Positions 26,031 to 39,326 of a stretch of 64,000 nt of DNA are shown piece after piece. The DNA lies in assembly GCA_001179505.1 (NCBI GenBank), contig CDMY01000491.1, forward strand, positions 2,881 to 66,880. The letters run 5' to 3'. The position numbers and the translations under genes were made by a program. The DNA is from Vitrella brassicaformis CCMP3155. Lineage: Eukaryota > Protista > Chromerida. The notes under the pieces were generated by a model. That model was not told where the DNA came from. It searched no databases and saw only the letters and a list, made by a program, of their open reading frames with translations. Each line of letters starts with the position of its first letter. Position 1 is the first letter of the stretch.

Positions 26031-29000
26031 TATGTGGTTTCCTGTCTTTGTAACCAGCCTCCCTGCTTTCTCTCTGTGTTCCCGATGTTGATGATCCTTT
26101 TTTTGCGGGCAGGAGATTTGCTGTATGTCGGGCAGACGGAGCATCCTCCATGCCTGAGAACCTTCCTCCTTCAGTCCGGCTATCGATCTCTTCCACGTCA
26201 CGCCCATCTGAAAAGACGCAGCCTTTCCCCATATTCTATCTGGATTCCTTCACAAGTAGCGCTACCTTTCAGCTGGTCAATGAGGATCCTAAGCGCATGT
26301 CGGGCAAGCTTTACCCGAAGCTGTATGGCGATGTTGAGGCGTTCACACTTGAGGCGTCTGGAAGCGACGGACAGTACATCGAAAACATCGAGCCGAAGAA
26401 GAGTGTCAACATCACAGTCACGTACATCGCGGTCACGTGGAAAGGCGAGCAGCTTCGAGAAGAAGCGGACACTCAGCAGGATGATGGCGGCCATGGGCCG
26501 GAAACCAATGCTGCCTTCGTCCGTCTCCGAAATGACGTGAGTGCCACCGACCTCCACACAGCATTAGCCACTCGCCCGCTCCTCATTTTGTGGTCTCAGG
26601 TGTGGCTGCTGCTGGTGGGGAGGAGTGAGCCTCCGAGCGGGGGGCCTACAAATTTTGCAAATTTAACCTTGCTGCCTACGGAATCCCTCTCCAGATGGCC
26701 CGAGTGTCCATTGTTTCTGGAGACATGCAATTCATCTATCGAACGAATTGTTACCGTAGGGATGGGGTTCCATACGACTCAGGTGCGTTCTGTCGCCTGG
26801 CATGTCACCTTGACGCATTATCTTGGTCTGTCTTTTCATTCTCGCTTAGCATTCACCTGTTCTCTATCACGGCCCCTTGGGTGCAGATGTCATGCTTACT
26901 GCCGTTGTACCTCGCGGCTCCGAGCCTGTGTTTGTTGCCCAAGAAGTGCTACTCCACCCCGTCGTGAAGATGGACCAAGCAACTGCTATCGATTATGACG
27001 GCGACGGAGAGGAGCAACTTCGCTTCGACGTAAGTGAAGCTTTTGGTACCTGGGCACAAGCACTGCGCCTGCTTCGTCTGCTGTGGTGCAGGCCACCGGC
27101 TCGCATACCCATGAGTGGGGGAACAGTGTAGTTGCATACACATTCATGTTAGACGAATCCATTTACGAACACACAGTAAGTCCAATTTGAGGAGCCCATG
27201 GGCTTTTGACCTCCGTATTGGCACGCAGGAATGCTATACTGATGAGAGCGCCTGTGTACGGGAGTTTTCCGCGTCGCTCAAGATCGGTACCCACACTGCC
27301 AGCCTGACTATCGGTGACAGGAAGGGGCGCCTGCTGTCGGGCGAGAACCATGTCGTCCACGTGGCTTCGGTGGACGAGATTCCAGGGTGTGCTCTCTCGC
27401 TCTATGCTGCACAAGATGGACATGATGGTGCCACGTCCGACATGTCCAGATGGTTGGGAAGCGATTCTGAGCCCATCGTTGGCGCACCCTTGCGTCAGGG
27501 CGAGGAGAGTCCTCTGCCGCCTCAGTGGGTTACGTCGAGTATCAATGACCGACCAGGCGGACATGAAGACACCCCGCAAAAGTCATGCCTCGTTTTCCCG
27601 GACGGAGCCGATGCATTTTTTGATTCCCGATTCAAAAGCAACATCATTATACGGGCGTTGGTAGGATGGAAGAAACACACTCACCGACACAATTACTCAT
27701 TGGCAGACGCCATCAGAGACGGTAACCCTCATTGTGGAGACCCCCGTTGTTTTCCTGTGTTGTGCTGGTTCTCAGGGGACGATTGAAATTCTGGATGGGT
27801 CGTCTGACTGGATGATGCTGGAGGTAAAAGGAGGTGACAATTCGGCTGTGTGGATCCAAGGCAAGGAGACGCAGGATGGCTCTCGCACAGTCAGCCTGTC
27901 TCAACAGGGCACAGATAACAGAGCCAGCAACAACCGAGTGAGTTTCGAGGTTCGGTGGCTTGTCGGCGAGGCAGGATCATCCCGAGACGGAGTGTGGCTT
28001 GAGGTCAAAGGAAAGCATCACTGGCGCATAGTGCATAGCCAGAGGTACCATGAAATCTACAATGCTTGGGCAGCGCGAATGGATGCAGGAAGCACTTCTT
28101 GATGAGATGCAGAGATTGGCCCCCCTTCGTTAACAAAGTGACTCCCGATGTGATTCAACCAAAACGCGGGCAAGATGTAACAATTCAAGGAGCAGGCTTC
28201 CTCAACCCTGAAGTAGACGCGGGAAGGAAAGCGAAGCAAAAGCTGCAGCTTGGCCCACGCGTTCGTGACTCCTGGTGCAGAGTTTGGAGAACGCGACGCT
28301 GCTCCTAAACGGCATCGAGGTGAAGCTCGACGATCAAACGGACAGCAACAGCACGGAACCGGGGATACTTGAGTGGACTGGAACACGAATCAACTACCGA
28401 CCACATCCGGTCAGCATGTGTAGCATCTTGCGCTGGCAGCAAATTGCCCAGGTCACGCTGAGTTTGTGTTCCCTTCAGACCACTGAGGACACGGCGAGCG
28501 GCATTCAGATAAGGACGGCAAAGGGAACCTCCAACCTCTACCCTGTGAAAGTTTCAGCAGCAGCGCAGATGAGAGACGTCAAGTACGGACAGCCAAAAAC
28601 GCTTCTAACAGGTCTCTTCGACTTACTCCAGGAGAATACGACAGAGGCAGAACGGTTGCAACAGCAAGAGAGAAAGCTTCTCAGCCCCTTCCTCCGGGGA
28701 GGTCTCGGCCTGACGGGGGACTGGGGCCCAGATGCGAAGACCTTCTTCGTCGGCACAGCACAAGGGAAGCTCATGAGTGTGATGTTCACCAGTAACGACG
28801 AGATAGATCCGCGGTCCTTGAGAGTCTATGACACGATCCGTAGGGCGTACCCGGAGGACTCTCTTATTGGCATCGCCTGTGTGTGGCAAAACCCAGCACA
28901 AAAGGAGGGGTATACAGCGGAGTCTTGCTATCTGTTGCGTTTGGCCTCAGTTGATCCACTTCGCGACCCCCTCGACCCGCACCTTTACGCGGCTCACGCA

Positions 29001-31215
29001 CCGATCTACTATTGGGTCAAGCAAAAAACGCAGCAGGCAGCAAGACACAGGGGAGAAGCGTGGCCGTGTTTGTTCAGTGGAGGAACGGAGTCCAATGCTT
29101 CAAAGGCGAGAATGACTATGCCGCTTTTTTGGGGAAGATCTCTAGGCTGTCTGGACCGAACTTTGCAACTCTAGAGACGCTCGTCGAGGGCCTTCCCAAC
29201 GGCAATGGTGACCATAGCATGAATGGCATACACTTTGACAACGAAGGCAACCTGTACGCTAACGCTGGGTCACAAACAAATGCGGGATGGCCGGGTGAGC
29301 TATCACTTCCAAGAGGGGTGTTTTCATACCGCTCTTGCCTATGTGTCGCTTTGTTGCCAGATTGCGGGTTGGGGCGTAGACAGGAACCATCCGGGGTGAG
29401 TGAAGTGTATTACTATTCATTTTCATGTGCCATTTAGGCTTGGCGGCTTGCCAGAGTCGCATCTGACGGGTTCGGTGCTCAAGGTATGCATGGAGCTGAC
29501 GATGATTAGGCACATGTCTTTTCATTCGCCTTCGACTTTGTCATAGATAGAGGTTCACAATCCTGATCTGAGCAGTAAGATTGAGTACGTCTACTACAAA
29601 ACTCGTGAACCCGTGGAGAATCCGAATCAGGTGCGATGGCCTACGCTGTCTCTTAGCAGCTGTCCCTCATCTTCAGGTCGAGGGAGACCGCTATGACCTG
29701 GCAGATGGCATTACGGGTATTTCAATCTGGGCGACCGGACTGCGGAACAACTATGACTCCACTTACTCAACAAAAGGTCTACTCGTAGCGAGACTCCTGT
29801 AGCACTAGCACTAAAAGACACATGCAGATAGACGGATGGATTGGTATCATCCATATGCCTTCAGGCGAAACCTACGTCATCATGAACGGTCCGAATTCGT
29901 GGCTTGGCGCATCTGTAAACGGCGAACCAGAAGACAGAGGCTGTACAGCAGCAGACTTTGACACATGGTATTCGTGTAGAGCTCAACGGGGCAACGTTTG
30001 TATCTCCGTACATGAGCCGTCTTGTAGGGATGAGATTTACCTTGACAATGTCCGGAATCCGCTTTTTCTCCCCAAACCTTATACTGTGCCAAAAGGGGAG
30101 GAACCCAAACAATGTCAGCCAGTGATAGGCCCGCAATTTGGAGGTCCCGACAGGATATTCAGAACGTCCGAGGGCGCTCATCATGGCCACCCCAATCCAG
30201 CACGAGCACGCAACACCGGTGACACAAGGCAGTGGTAGGTATAACACTCACAGCATCCCGTCTCCAATCACTGTAAGCCCAACGATGATGTGATCGGAAG
30301 GCACCACCATGTCTTGAGGCCCAATATGGAATACACCCCTGGATGGGAAATTCCTTCGTCAACAGTAAGTCGTTGGGAGCACCATAGACGGCAACTTTCT
30401 TGCCCGCTGTGCATGTCGCTGCCTGACTTGTCAGACTGGAGTAACAGAGTACCGGGGGACGTGCTTCGGCGGCAAGCTCCACAACGACATCCTTGTTTCG
30501 AGATGGAAGCAAGGCATTTACTTCCTTGATCTTCGGCAGGAGGAAATAAGGTGAAACACTCATTTCATCAGTGATGACTGGCTGAAAGATCCAGCGAACC
30601 ATGTGTCGATGCATCTTTCTGCCTCCATACAGGACCCTGACAGACGACACAGGGAAGAACCTTGACATTGTCTACGGCCCCGGCTGTTCGATAATGATTG
30701 TCTCTTTCGACAAGGATGAGCTGGCCCTTATCACGCCCGACGAGGAAGCGCTGGATAGCTTCGAAACGAAGGAAGTAGGGGCTGGCGCGGCTGTCATTTA
30801 CGACATCCTCCCGTGGAGGGCACCTAGAGAGTAGGCTCATGCTGAGGCTCATGCTGTGGCCTCATTTATGCACGACCTGCCATTTGCACGACCTGCCATT
30901 TACGTTGCCGCTGTTTCTTGTCATGTAACCCACTTATCTGTCATTTTCAGGTACGACGCGCCTTTCACAATTGGGGGACGCAGGTTTACGAGAGAGAAAA
31001 AGCCAGCTGCGGTTCGCATAGGTGGCGTCGAGGCCGAAATAAGTTCGTATGATGACACCCGCATCGAAGGGATTGTTCGAACAGGGCATACGGGCGATAA
31101 GCCCGCGAAGAAACTCGTTGATGTTGAAGTCATTTTCTCTGATCACACAACAGCACTTCTCAAAGAAGCGTTCATGTTTCTCAATGCACCTCCGCAGTCA
31201 GACCCTGACTTGTAG
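26031..31215 (+). CDS. Large multi-exon secreted protein: IPT/TIG domains flanking a glucose/sorbosone-dehydrogenase-like beta-propeller; start uncertain
   Basis: PPFVNKVTPDVI..GQDVTIQGAGF (IPT); LVEGLPNGNGDHSMNGIHFDNEGNLYANAGSQTNAGWP, GLPESHLTGSVL, WATGLRNNYD, HHGHPNPAR (GSDH-like family); C-terminal IPT FTIGGRRF..VRIGGVEAEISSYDDTRIEGIV; stop at 31215. Confidence 0.65.
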
Positions 31216-33418
31216 TTAGAACGGACTGTTGAAGCACTATGTCTTCAAGCACTAGCGTCGACACGGTTGGAGTCAGCTTGGAGAGACGGGAGAAGTTGCT
31301 GGCTGAGGTATGCGGAAATGATGGCTGCAGTGTTCATTCATTCATTCATTCATGCGTCACTCACACGAGACGAGTACATGTTTGCTGCTGTTTTCTTCCG
31401 TCGGGGCAGACAGGTAGAGTGACTTGCAAACACGAATCATGATCATTTGTATCATCTAGGCCGCCGGGACGGCTTCATTTTTTGGCAACACACACAAGGA
31501 CGTCCTGGCGTTCTCATTTGCATTGCACGCAAACGAATAGATACGCAACCAACTTCAACTTTCACTGTAGGGATGCCGATCGGCTAAACTCCGACCTCGG
31601 GCCATTAATGGCTGGACTAAGTAGCCATGAATTCGGACATTGAGAGAGATGATGGTATCGAATGGTGTATTTGTTTTCGATGTGTGCATATTCAACACAG
31701 TCAATGTGCATGTGAACCAGCTGATGACAGCGTGATCCATGGAAGAAGCCAGTGACACACTTCCGTCCTCTGTCGAACAACTGCAGCGCGATCACGACAA
31801 TGGAACTTTTTCACGCAATGGCGCACCATGATGCATCCGTCCCATCAATCGTCTCTCTCTGCCGCTGCATGCGCATTCATGAGACAGATGGTCGCATTCA
31901 TGAGACAGACGTGGCGTGGCAATCGGCCACGCCACGTCTGTCTGTCTGCCGCCTTTTGTCTTTTTTGTTTATGTGTGCGCTCTCTCTCTCTCTCTCTCTC
32001 TTCGCACACATACAGCCCTGTCAGAGCTGACTGTTGACATAAGACATATACTAAGGAAGCCACCGTGTGTCTATGTCAGAAATATTTATATGCCTGCACG
32101 TGTGTATGTGTGGATGTGTGTGCATTAGAGAAATGAAGGACAAGGGAAAAACACAAAGTCCCCCCATGGATGTCCCACACGGGTGTCGCCCTTTTCGCCA
32201 TATCCATTGTTGAGTCGCCGTGCCGTACTTGAATATAGAAGGCGGTCCAATCTAGGTGACTTAACAGGCCGCCTCGGCTTGCCAGCTCGGGGCGCTAGCG
32301 CGAGACGGGTCACTTTGGTTCACAGTGATCGCAAGGCACGCTGGACCACATGCAGGTCATTTAAGACAATGTCCCACTTATCCGACGCCCACAGTATACG
32401 TTTCCATGGATTGTCAGGATAAGTACCGCTGTCGCATCTCTGACGTTGGGTTGTAGATGTTGGCGCCTGTCGAGAAACTGAAACATGGAATTGTACATTC
32501 AACAACGCCATGTTTCAGATGATGTCCGGGAATCGGCAGCGGTGTCGGCAGATTAGCGGAGGCAATTGAATCTTGCCTTTGCGCAGAGTTTGTGTTGCTG
32601 TCCGTCTGGCTGTTCGCATCTGATTCGCAATTCAGGGTTTGCAGCCACCGTATGATGCCTCGCTCTTTGCGAGTGTTGTGTTCGTCCAGGGCTAGCGAGC
32701 AACCGCGTCCACCAGACAGACACATATACACAGCAATCCGTCAGGATTGCCTTTTTCCTGTCATTCTTCTCGAGCCAGCCAGGTGATTTCGACGTCGATC
32801 ATTCGCTGGCCCCGGCGAGGTTCGACATAGGCCTGATAGAACACACACAGAACAACAACTGGCCGCCGCATGTGCTGTTCTGATGGGAACCGGCCGTCAA
32901 ACACACACACACACACAGAGAGAGACAGAGAGAGAGAGACAGAGAAGGGGGGGAAGAGAGAGGTGGCCTTTCTGGCCCCATTCGCTGCTCCGTTGATGTG
33001 TCACCTTCACACATGCACATATGGACACCGGGAAGGAGAGTCACTGTGAGAGACCGATAATGACTGGCGTCGTTCGCTGCGCTTGCCCTTGATGCTTTGC
33101 ACAAGCCAAGTGATTAAGCACAAAGTCCCACTGCAGGCCAGTGGGGCTCTCTCAGGTTTTCTCCGTCTCTAGCAGCCGTCGAGGAGCCTATGTGAGGCTC
33201 TTCCAGTTTCTCTCTCAAAGGCTTTCACTCAGTGCGTCTTGAGCTACTCTCGGCGAAACAAGTGGGCGGAGGGGCTTGTCTTTGGCTACTATCCTTGCTT
33301 GACTCGCAAATTCATCTTCCTGGACAAGGCTAGGCTTGATGTGCTAGCAGGGACTGCCTGCCTGCCGAAGAGTGTTACATTTGTTTCTGAGGCCCTTCTC
33401 TATCGGCGACCATTGTGA

Positions 33419-35904
33419 CTAGAGAAGGGCGGGAGAGTTCACATCATCGGCTGAAGTGTCCTCGGCGAGACACCCTGAATCTCCTCGACGAGACATCCTG
33501 TCATCTCTTCGCTTCGTTGGTGGCAGGCTGATAACATACACGCCCCTGCCCTTCTCTAATGGCCGTGATTTCGACATCGTTATGGGAGATTGCTCCGTTA
33601 GAACGAGCATTGACGGGACGAAACGTGTGGTCGTACCGTCTCCAGCAGGCAACACAGGGATGGCTTGTTCGTCTGTCTCTTCCGGGACGGGCCGCTCGAA
33701 CAGCCACGAAAGGGCTGATTCCTCTGGATAGACCGTCGACAGCCGCTCACTGGTTTCGACAGTTTCCTTCCTGCCCTTCCTCTTTTCTTTTATCTTCAAG
33801 TCCACCACGCCTGGTGGCGATGGTAAGGGACGAAGAGGGATGCGCTTCAACGGCCGAGACGGGCGGGAAAGGCGGATGATATGCGTTCTTTTCTTGCACT
33901 CATGTGCGAAAGGTCCCATTCTCGAGTAGGTGAACTGCAGCACAGCCCGAGAGGTCCCCTCGGTGGCCGCTTTGCCACTTCAGTGTTGTTCCCATGCTTC
34001 ATCAGGTACACCGGGACGAGGGGGCTCGTGGCTTGCAGAAAGAAGGCAGGGAACACGATAGGAGCAGCTGAAACCGTTTGGAAACACGACGTATCGTTTT
34101 TCCAGATGCAGTAGAAACGCAGGAGCCAGAGGAGGTGCAGCAAGACCATGGCTATACCGACTGCGCCAACAAGCATTGGAATGGCACTGTGGCTCCTTGG
34201 GTCCTTGCGGAACACAGCTGAAGAAGCAGAAGACACCAAGGAAGATGAAATCGCCTCAGGCACGGTGTCTTCATACCTGGTAGTGCTTCTCTCCGCAGCG
34301 GCCATCCACATGCGATCTTCTTTGACATCAAGATAAGACCGTCGTTCCTGTGTGTGACCCGAATCCCCTGTGGTGTGGCCTCATTGCCTTCATCTGTGTC
34401 AGCGATTGCTGTGCTCCATCCCTTAAGAGAGCACAAGGAGGTCTTAATATCGTATATCACCGCTCCGCATCTCCCATCGCGCATGCACCACTGATTACAC
34501 TGCGTGAGCGTGTCGGCGTCGTTGGACCACAGGGTACCGCCGCGGGAGAGGAAGGAGAGGTCTCTCTCCTCAGCAAGACACCAACGGACTGGAACGATCA
34601 TGAGAGAGAGAGATACGAGAGACGAAGGGAGGAAGAAAGGAAGGAAAGAGCAATGAGGGGCTTACCACAGTATCTTGGTCCGGAAGTGCCGTTGGGGTGT
34701 CGCACCTTTGCGTCTTCAACATGTGAGAATATCTTGCACTCGTGAGGCTCTGTGAAGGAGAAATGGCGGCATTGAGGGTGAGCCTGGCAGGTCCGCTGGC
34801 AGTCCGTGGGCGACGATATTGGGAAGGAGGGATAGTCCAGGTGACCCAGTACAGGATGGGTTCGAGGTACAGTCAACTCGCCATCTGGCGAAGGCTGGTA
34901 ACGAATCGACCTCTCGTGGCAGAATATCTGGCCTGCAGAAGGGCTGAAATCCCGCAGACCGTCCCAAAATGCACGGTCTTTCTACCGTATGGGTCTGGTA
35001 GTGTGGTAACATCTGAGTGCATCAGCGCAATCGTCAGCCGGCCATCGTTTTGCTCTACTGCCGTCTTCCTAAAGTCGCTCCGACTGAGAAGGAATGAGGA
35101 TTCAAGCAGCACCCAGTCGCCACCCTCCCACGATTCTAGAAGTCTGCCACTCTCAGAGAAATCCTCCTCGTAGAGAGGTATGAACTGTCGCGTATCGTGT
35201 TCATAGGAGGAAACTCGCACCCAATCGAATTCTGCCTTTCCAGGCAGACATCTTTCGTCGAATGACCCTCCCCAATCCTCGATATAGGGGTGGACTGCCC
35301 ATACGGACTGCTGCACTTCCATTGGCTTGGAGGGGATCCTCACGCTTTTATCAGCACTCGACACATATCTGGATTCAAAAAGCCGGAGACCGTGTGTCGT
35401 TGCCGTCGATGGCACTGCTTGAACTAACCTGATTTCGTTGCCGTCGATGAGCCATTTGACATAGTCTGGCGTCCAGTCGATGGCGAATGTGTGATACTTC
35501 TCGGCGAACGACTTTTCATCGGGGCTGCCGTGCAGCTGTTGAGAAAATATTCGGTTGCCGGCTTCACCTCCGATGATATTGCTTTGAAAATGGTACGCCT
35601 CGTCCTTTCCGAGAACCTCTATGTCGATCTCTTGCCACTCATTGTCGTCTTCCTCACTTTTTCTCTTATACAGAAAGAATGACACCACCACGCCACTACA
35701 GTTGATGGCGCGAAACCGCGACTCGAATCGACCGTACAGGTAGACGTCCTTGGATATTGCCCCTCCGCCCTGCAGGCGTTTCTGACAGCCGCCCCACCTC
35801 CCGTCGAAAATCAAGCCCCCATCCTCAGCAGCAGAAGGGCACTGAGAAGCGACCAACGTCACGCACAAGGCCTCCAACCACACACATTTCACCAGCCGAC
35901 CCAT
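33419..35904 (-). CDS. Type I membrane protein: GH16 glucanase + 2 PAN/Apple domains + TM helix + cytosolic tail
   Basis: Signal MGRLVKCVWLEALCVTLVASQC; YLYGRFESRFRA...GVVVSFFLY..WQEIDIEVLG (ExDxE); HTFAIDWTPDYVKWLIDG; Apple-type CQRTCQAHPQCRHFSF...C...SGPRYC and WCMRDGRCGAVIY...CSLK; TM IPMLVGAVGIAMVLLHLLWLLRFY. Confidence 0.85.
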
Positions 35905-36129
35905 GGGGATCTCCTCGGCTCCCAAACAAAGAAAGTACTGCGTATTTTGTCTGGACTCGAGGTCAGACGCACTGGTTGTTCTATCAAAAGAACATAATAA
36001 TGAGCTGCAGCACAGTTTTATGAGAAGCAGGAGCAGCACAGCCACGATTCGGAAGCGAACGATGTATTGTGAATCGGTTCACTGTGTTTCCTGAGCGTCT
36101 CCTAGTCAAATCCTAGCTGGAAGGACTGA

Positions 36130-36372
36130 GTGTCAGACAGCAATCAGCCAGGCCCCATTTCATGACTGCCAGTGATCGTGCGAGCTTGGACTTGGGACTT
36201 GGTTGTGATGCGCATTCATATCCTTTCGATGTCAGCGTGAGCGTGGCACACAGATGTCGATATATCCTTGACCCGAAAGGATATGAATGCGCATCACAAC
36301 CAAGTCCCGAATCCGAGCTCGCACGATCACTGGCAGTCATGAAATGGGGCCTGGCTGATGGCTGTCTGACAC
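36130..36372. repeat. Near-perfect inverted repeat: 99-bp arms (36130-36228 and 36274-36372), 45-nt loop
   Basis: Arms are reverse-complementary, with 4 mismatches counted by eye. Confidence 0.95.
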
Positions 36373-36799
36373 TGATTATCGCATGCACTGAGTATTTCTG
36401 GATGTGTGCGTATTTGTGTGTATTTGTGTGCATCCCGAATCGAACGTTTCTGAGACCGACCACCCTCCTGGTGTGCAGTCTGGGGTGGCGCAACCACGTT
36501 GCCGTCGTCCTTATGTCCTTCCGCGAGTGTGATGAGGGCTGGTGTATCGCCAGGAGAGCTGCTTGGCTGCGGCCACTCCGGTCCATCTTCGGAATTAGCG
36601 GAAGTCGTGTGCTGAGCCAAACGAGACAGCGAGGAGCTCCAGATTCAGCCGTCGCCGCATTACAGCCGTCGCCGGGTTTGTGACTGGTAACCCGCTGGTG
36701 TAGCTATACACTGTCCTACGTCTAGCTTCCCAGCCAGCTGCCAAGTTGGTCTTGTAATCGCGCTTTTAGAACTGTGTAAGTGCATGCAGTGGGTCTGAG

Positions 36800-37290
36800 A
36801 CCTGATTTCATTGCCGTCGACGAGCCATCTGAGAGAGTCGGGGGTCTACTCGATGACGAATGTGTGAAAGTCTTCGGCAAAAGACTTGCCATGAGGACTC
36901 CCGTGCAGCTGTTGAGAAAAAAGCCTGTTGCCGGCTTCACCTCCGATGATATTGCTCTGAAAATGGTACGCCTAGTACTCTGGCCGGGCACCTCTACGTC
37001 GATCTCTTGCCACTCATTGTCGTCTTCCTCACTTGCTCTCTTAAAGAGAAAGAAGGACACCACTACGCCGCTGCAGTTGACGGCGCGAAGTCGCGACTCA
37101 AATCGGCCATACAGGTCGACGTCCTTGCTTATTGCCCCCCTCCCTGCAGGAATTTTAGACAGTTTCGACAGTTGCCCCATCTCCCGTCGAAAATCAAGCC
37201 GCCGTCCTCGGCAGCAGAAGGGCACTGAGAAGCGACGAGGGTCACGCCTAAGGCCCCCAACCACACACACTTTGACCAGTCGACACATGT
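36800..37290 (-). pseudogene. Decayed partial duplicate of the GH16 5' region
   Basis: Colinear with ~35430-35905; retains WQEIDVE but has frameshifts, an insertion and a 3' truncation. Confidence 0.85.
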
Positions 37291-38229
37291 TTCTCTCTCT
37301 CTCTCTCTCTTATCCCTGTGATCTCCTGTTAACAACATGTGTCACAGTTGAGACAGCAAATGGGGCATGCAGTTAGAGATCTGTGAGTACGTTGCCGACT
37401 CTAGATCAGATGTTCTGGTCGCCCATGCTTCAGAGCTCAGATATCAGATGGGACTCAGAGGAGGCCACCGGGTGCTGGAAGTAGCCTGCTAGCACTCTCA
37501 GAAGCGCACCTCTGACCTTGACATCCCCGGAGCCATATCCAATGCCTTCTTTTCTCCCTCGGCTCCGGCGCCCTTCGTCTCCGACGCATTTTTTAGTCTC
37601 CAAGAAGATGGATGTTTCGGCGAGGAGCGTATGAGGCGTTTGTACATTGCGGCAGCCCTAGAGCGACACAGAGACACTTCGAATTGATATAAAATCCCTC
37701 TGCCTTAAATGTCAGAAAGCGAATGATTTGTCTCCATGTCAAAAACCTGGCCGTTTGGCGCTCTGGCTGTGAAGCCTTTAGCGTTTTTCGGCAGTGTACA
37801 GAGATAGTGTACACAAGCGGGAACTGTACAGAACCGCTCAATTTGTTGTGGTATACGTACGGACGGATGAATTGACTGGCCTGTCTGTCTGTCTGTCTGT
37901 GTGCACGCGTGTGTGTGTGTCGCGTGTGTGTGTGTGTGTGTGTACGGTTGTGTTTAAACACATGGTTTTGGCCTATTGTATCCACGCATGGTTTTGGCCG
38001 GCGGTTGGTGCTGTGTCTCTCATGCGTCAGTGGAGTGGGTCTGCTGCATCCGTTTTACGGTCCACCAGCTCGCAGCCCTGCGGATGACCATGTTCGACGC
38101 CCTAGGCACCTCTGTGACGTTGCAGGTACATATTCGTTCACAAAGCACACTTCTATCCATGCAATCACCACTCTCCCGTGTCGTGTGGATGCAGTGTGTT
38201 CGGCGTGCCTTTTGGCCGTAGCTCATCTC

Positions 38230-38800
38230 CCTGGTACGGATCTCTACCATACTCGCTCGTTGAGCCAGGACCATATTCACTGCTGGCTTGTGTTGCATCG
38301 TATGGTGTGCGCAGGTTGGTTTGTGTGGTGTGGTTGTGAGTTGGGTCGGTTGGTACACACGGGACGTGTCACTCACTACTGCTGGTACGTTACCTGCACC
38401 GGCGCCCACTTACGTGACGCTGCCCATCCATCACATCGGTCTTTCTGTATGGATGGTGGTGCAGGGTGTGGGTCTGTGTTGTGTTTGGCTGGTCGCTTTG
38501 CACGGGGGCGTGTGATTCACTACCATTGGTATGCTACGTGCACACACGCCTTCACACATATCGCTGCCCATCCATCACATCTCTCTCTGTGTCTGGATGG
38601 TGGTGCAAGGTGACCGTCTGACTGTGGCATTCTGTTGGTTTTTGGTCTCTGTGGCGTGTTACGCACTATCCGTTGGTACGTTGCTTGCACCCACACCATC
38701 ACACTTTGCGTTGACCATCCCCGCCATGGACTTGTGTGTGGCTGGTGTCATGTGTGTGGTGTGGTGGTGCAGTGTGTGTTTGTTGACATCTACACGCTTG
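38230..38800. repeat. Degenerate ~150-bp tandem units, possibly repeated exon-intron modules
   Basis: Recurring GCTGCCCATCCATCACATC...GGATGGTGGTGCA(A/G)G and CACTAC...TGGTA(C/T)G. Confidence 0.5.
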
Positions 38801-39326
38801 TGGTGGTGACCGATACGTCTGCCCACAGCATCCGCACAGCGGTCTACCAGCGACGTTCACCTCACTTGCACACTGTTGTGTATGTGTGTGTGCATGTGTC
38901 GTGCATGTGTGGTCGTATGCTTCGACGGTGACATGGCGGGAGCAAGTGTGTCCGCGAATTGCGCTTGTACCAATTTGCGTCTTTCTGAAGAAGCTTAGGT
39001 AGCCTCGAAAAGTGCAACATCCATAAAAAGCAGTAAATCACTGACTGGAGCACGGAACGCGCAACTTTGTGGATGATGGGTGTCCTTTATGCAGCTTGTT
39101 GAGCTTCTCCAATTGCAACTCTTCACGCAGGCAGCCAGGCCATTCCTGGCTCGTTTCTGTGCAGAGCCCCCCCTCCAAGTGTGTAAGCTCTTGGTGCATA
39201 TGTCAGCCCGACCCGCTGAGACATTGATTAAATACTGATCAGTTCCTGATCGTTTGTCAGCCCATATGTAGCGACGGCACTGAAGTTGGTCAAATACTGA
39301 TTGTATGGCCAAGTGACCGACACCAA

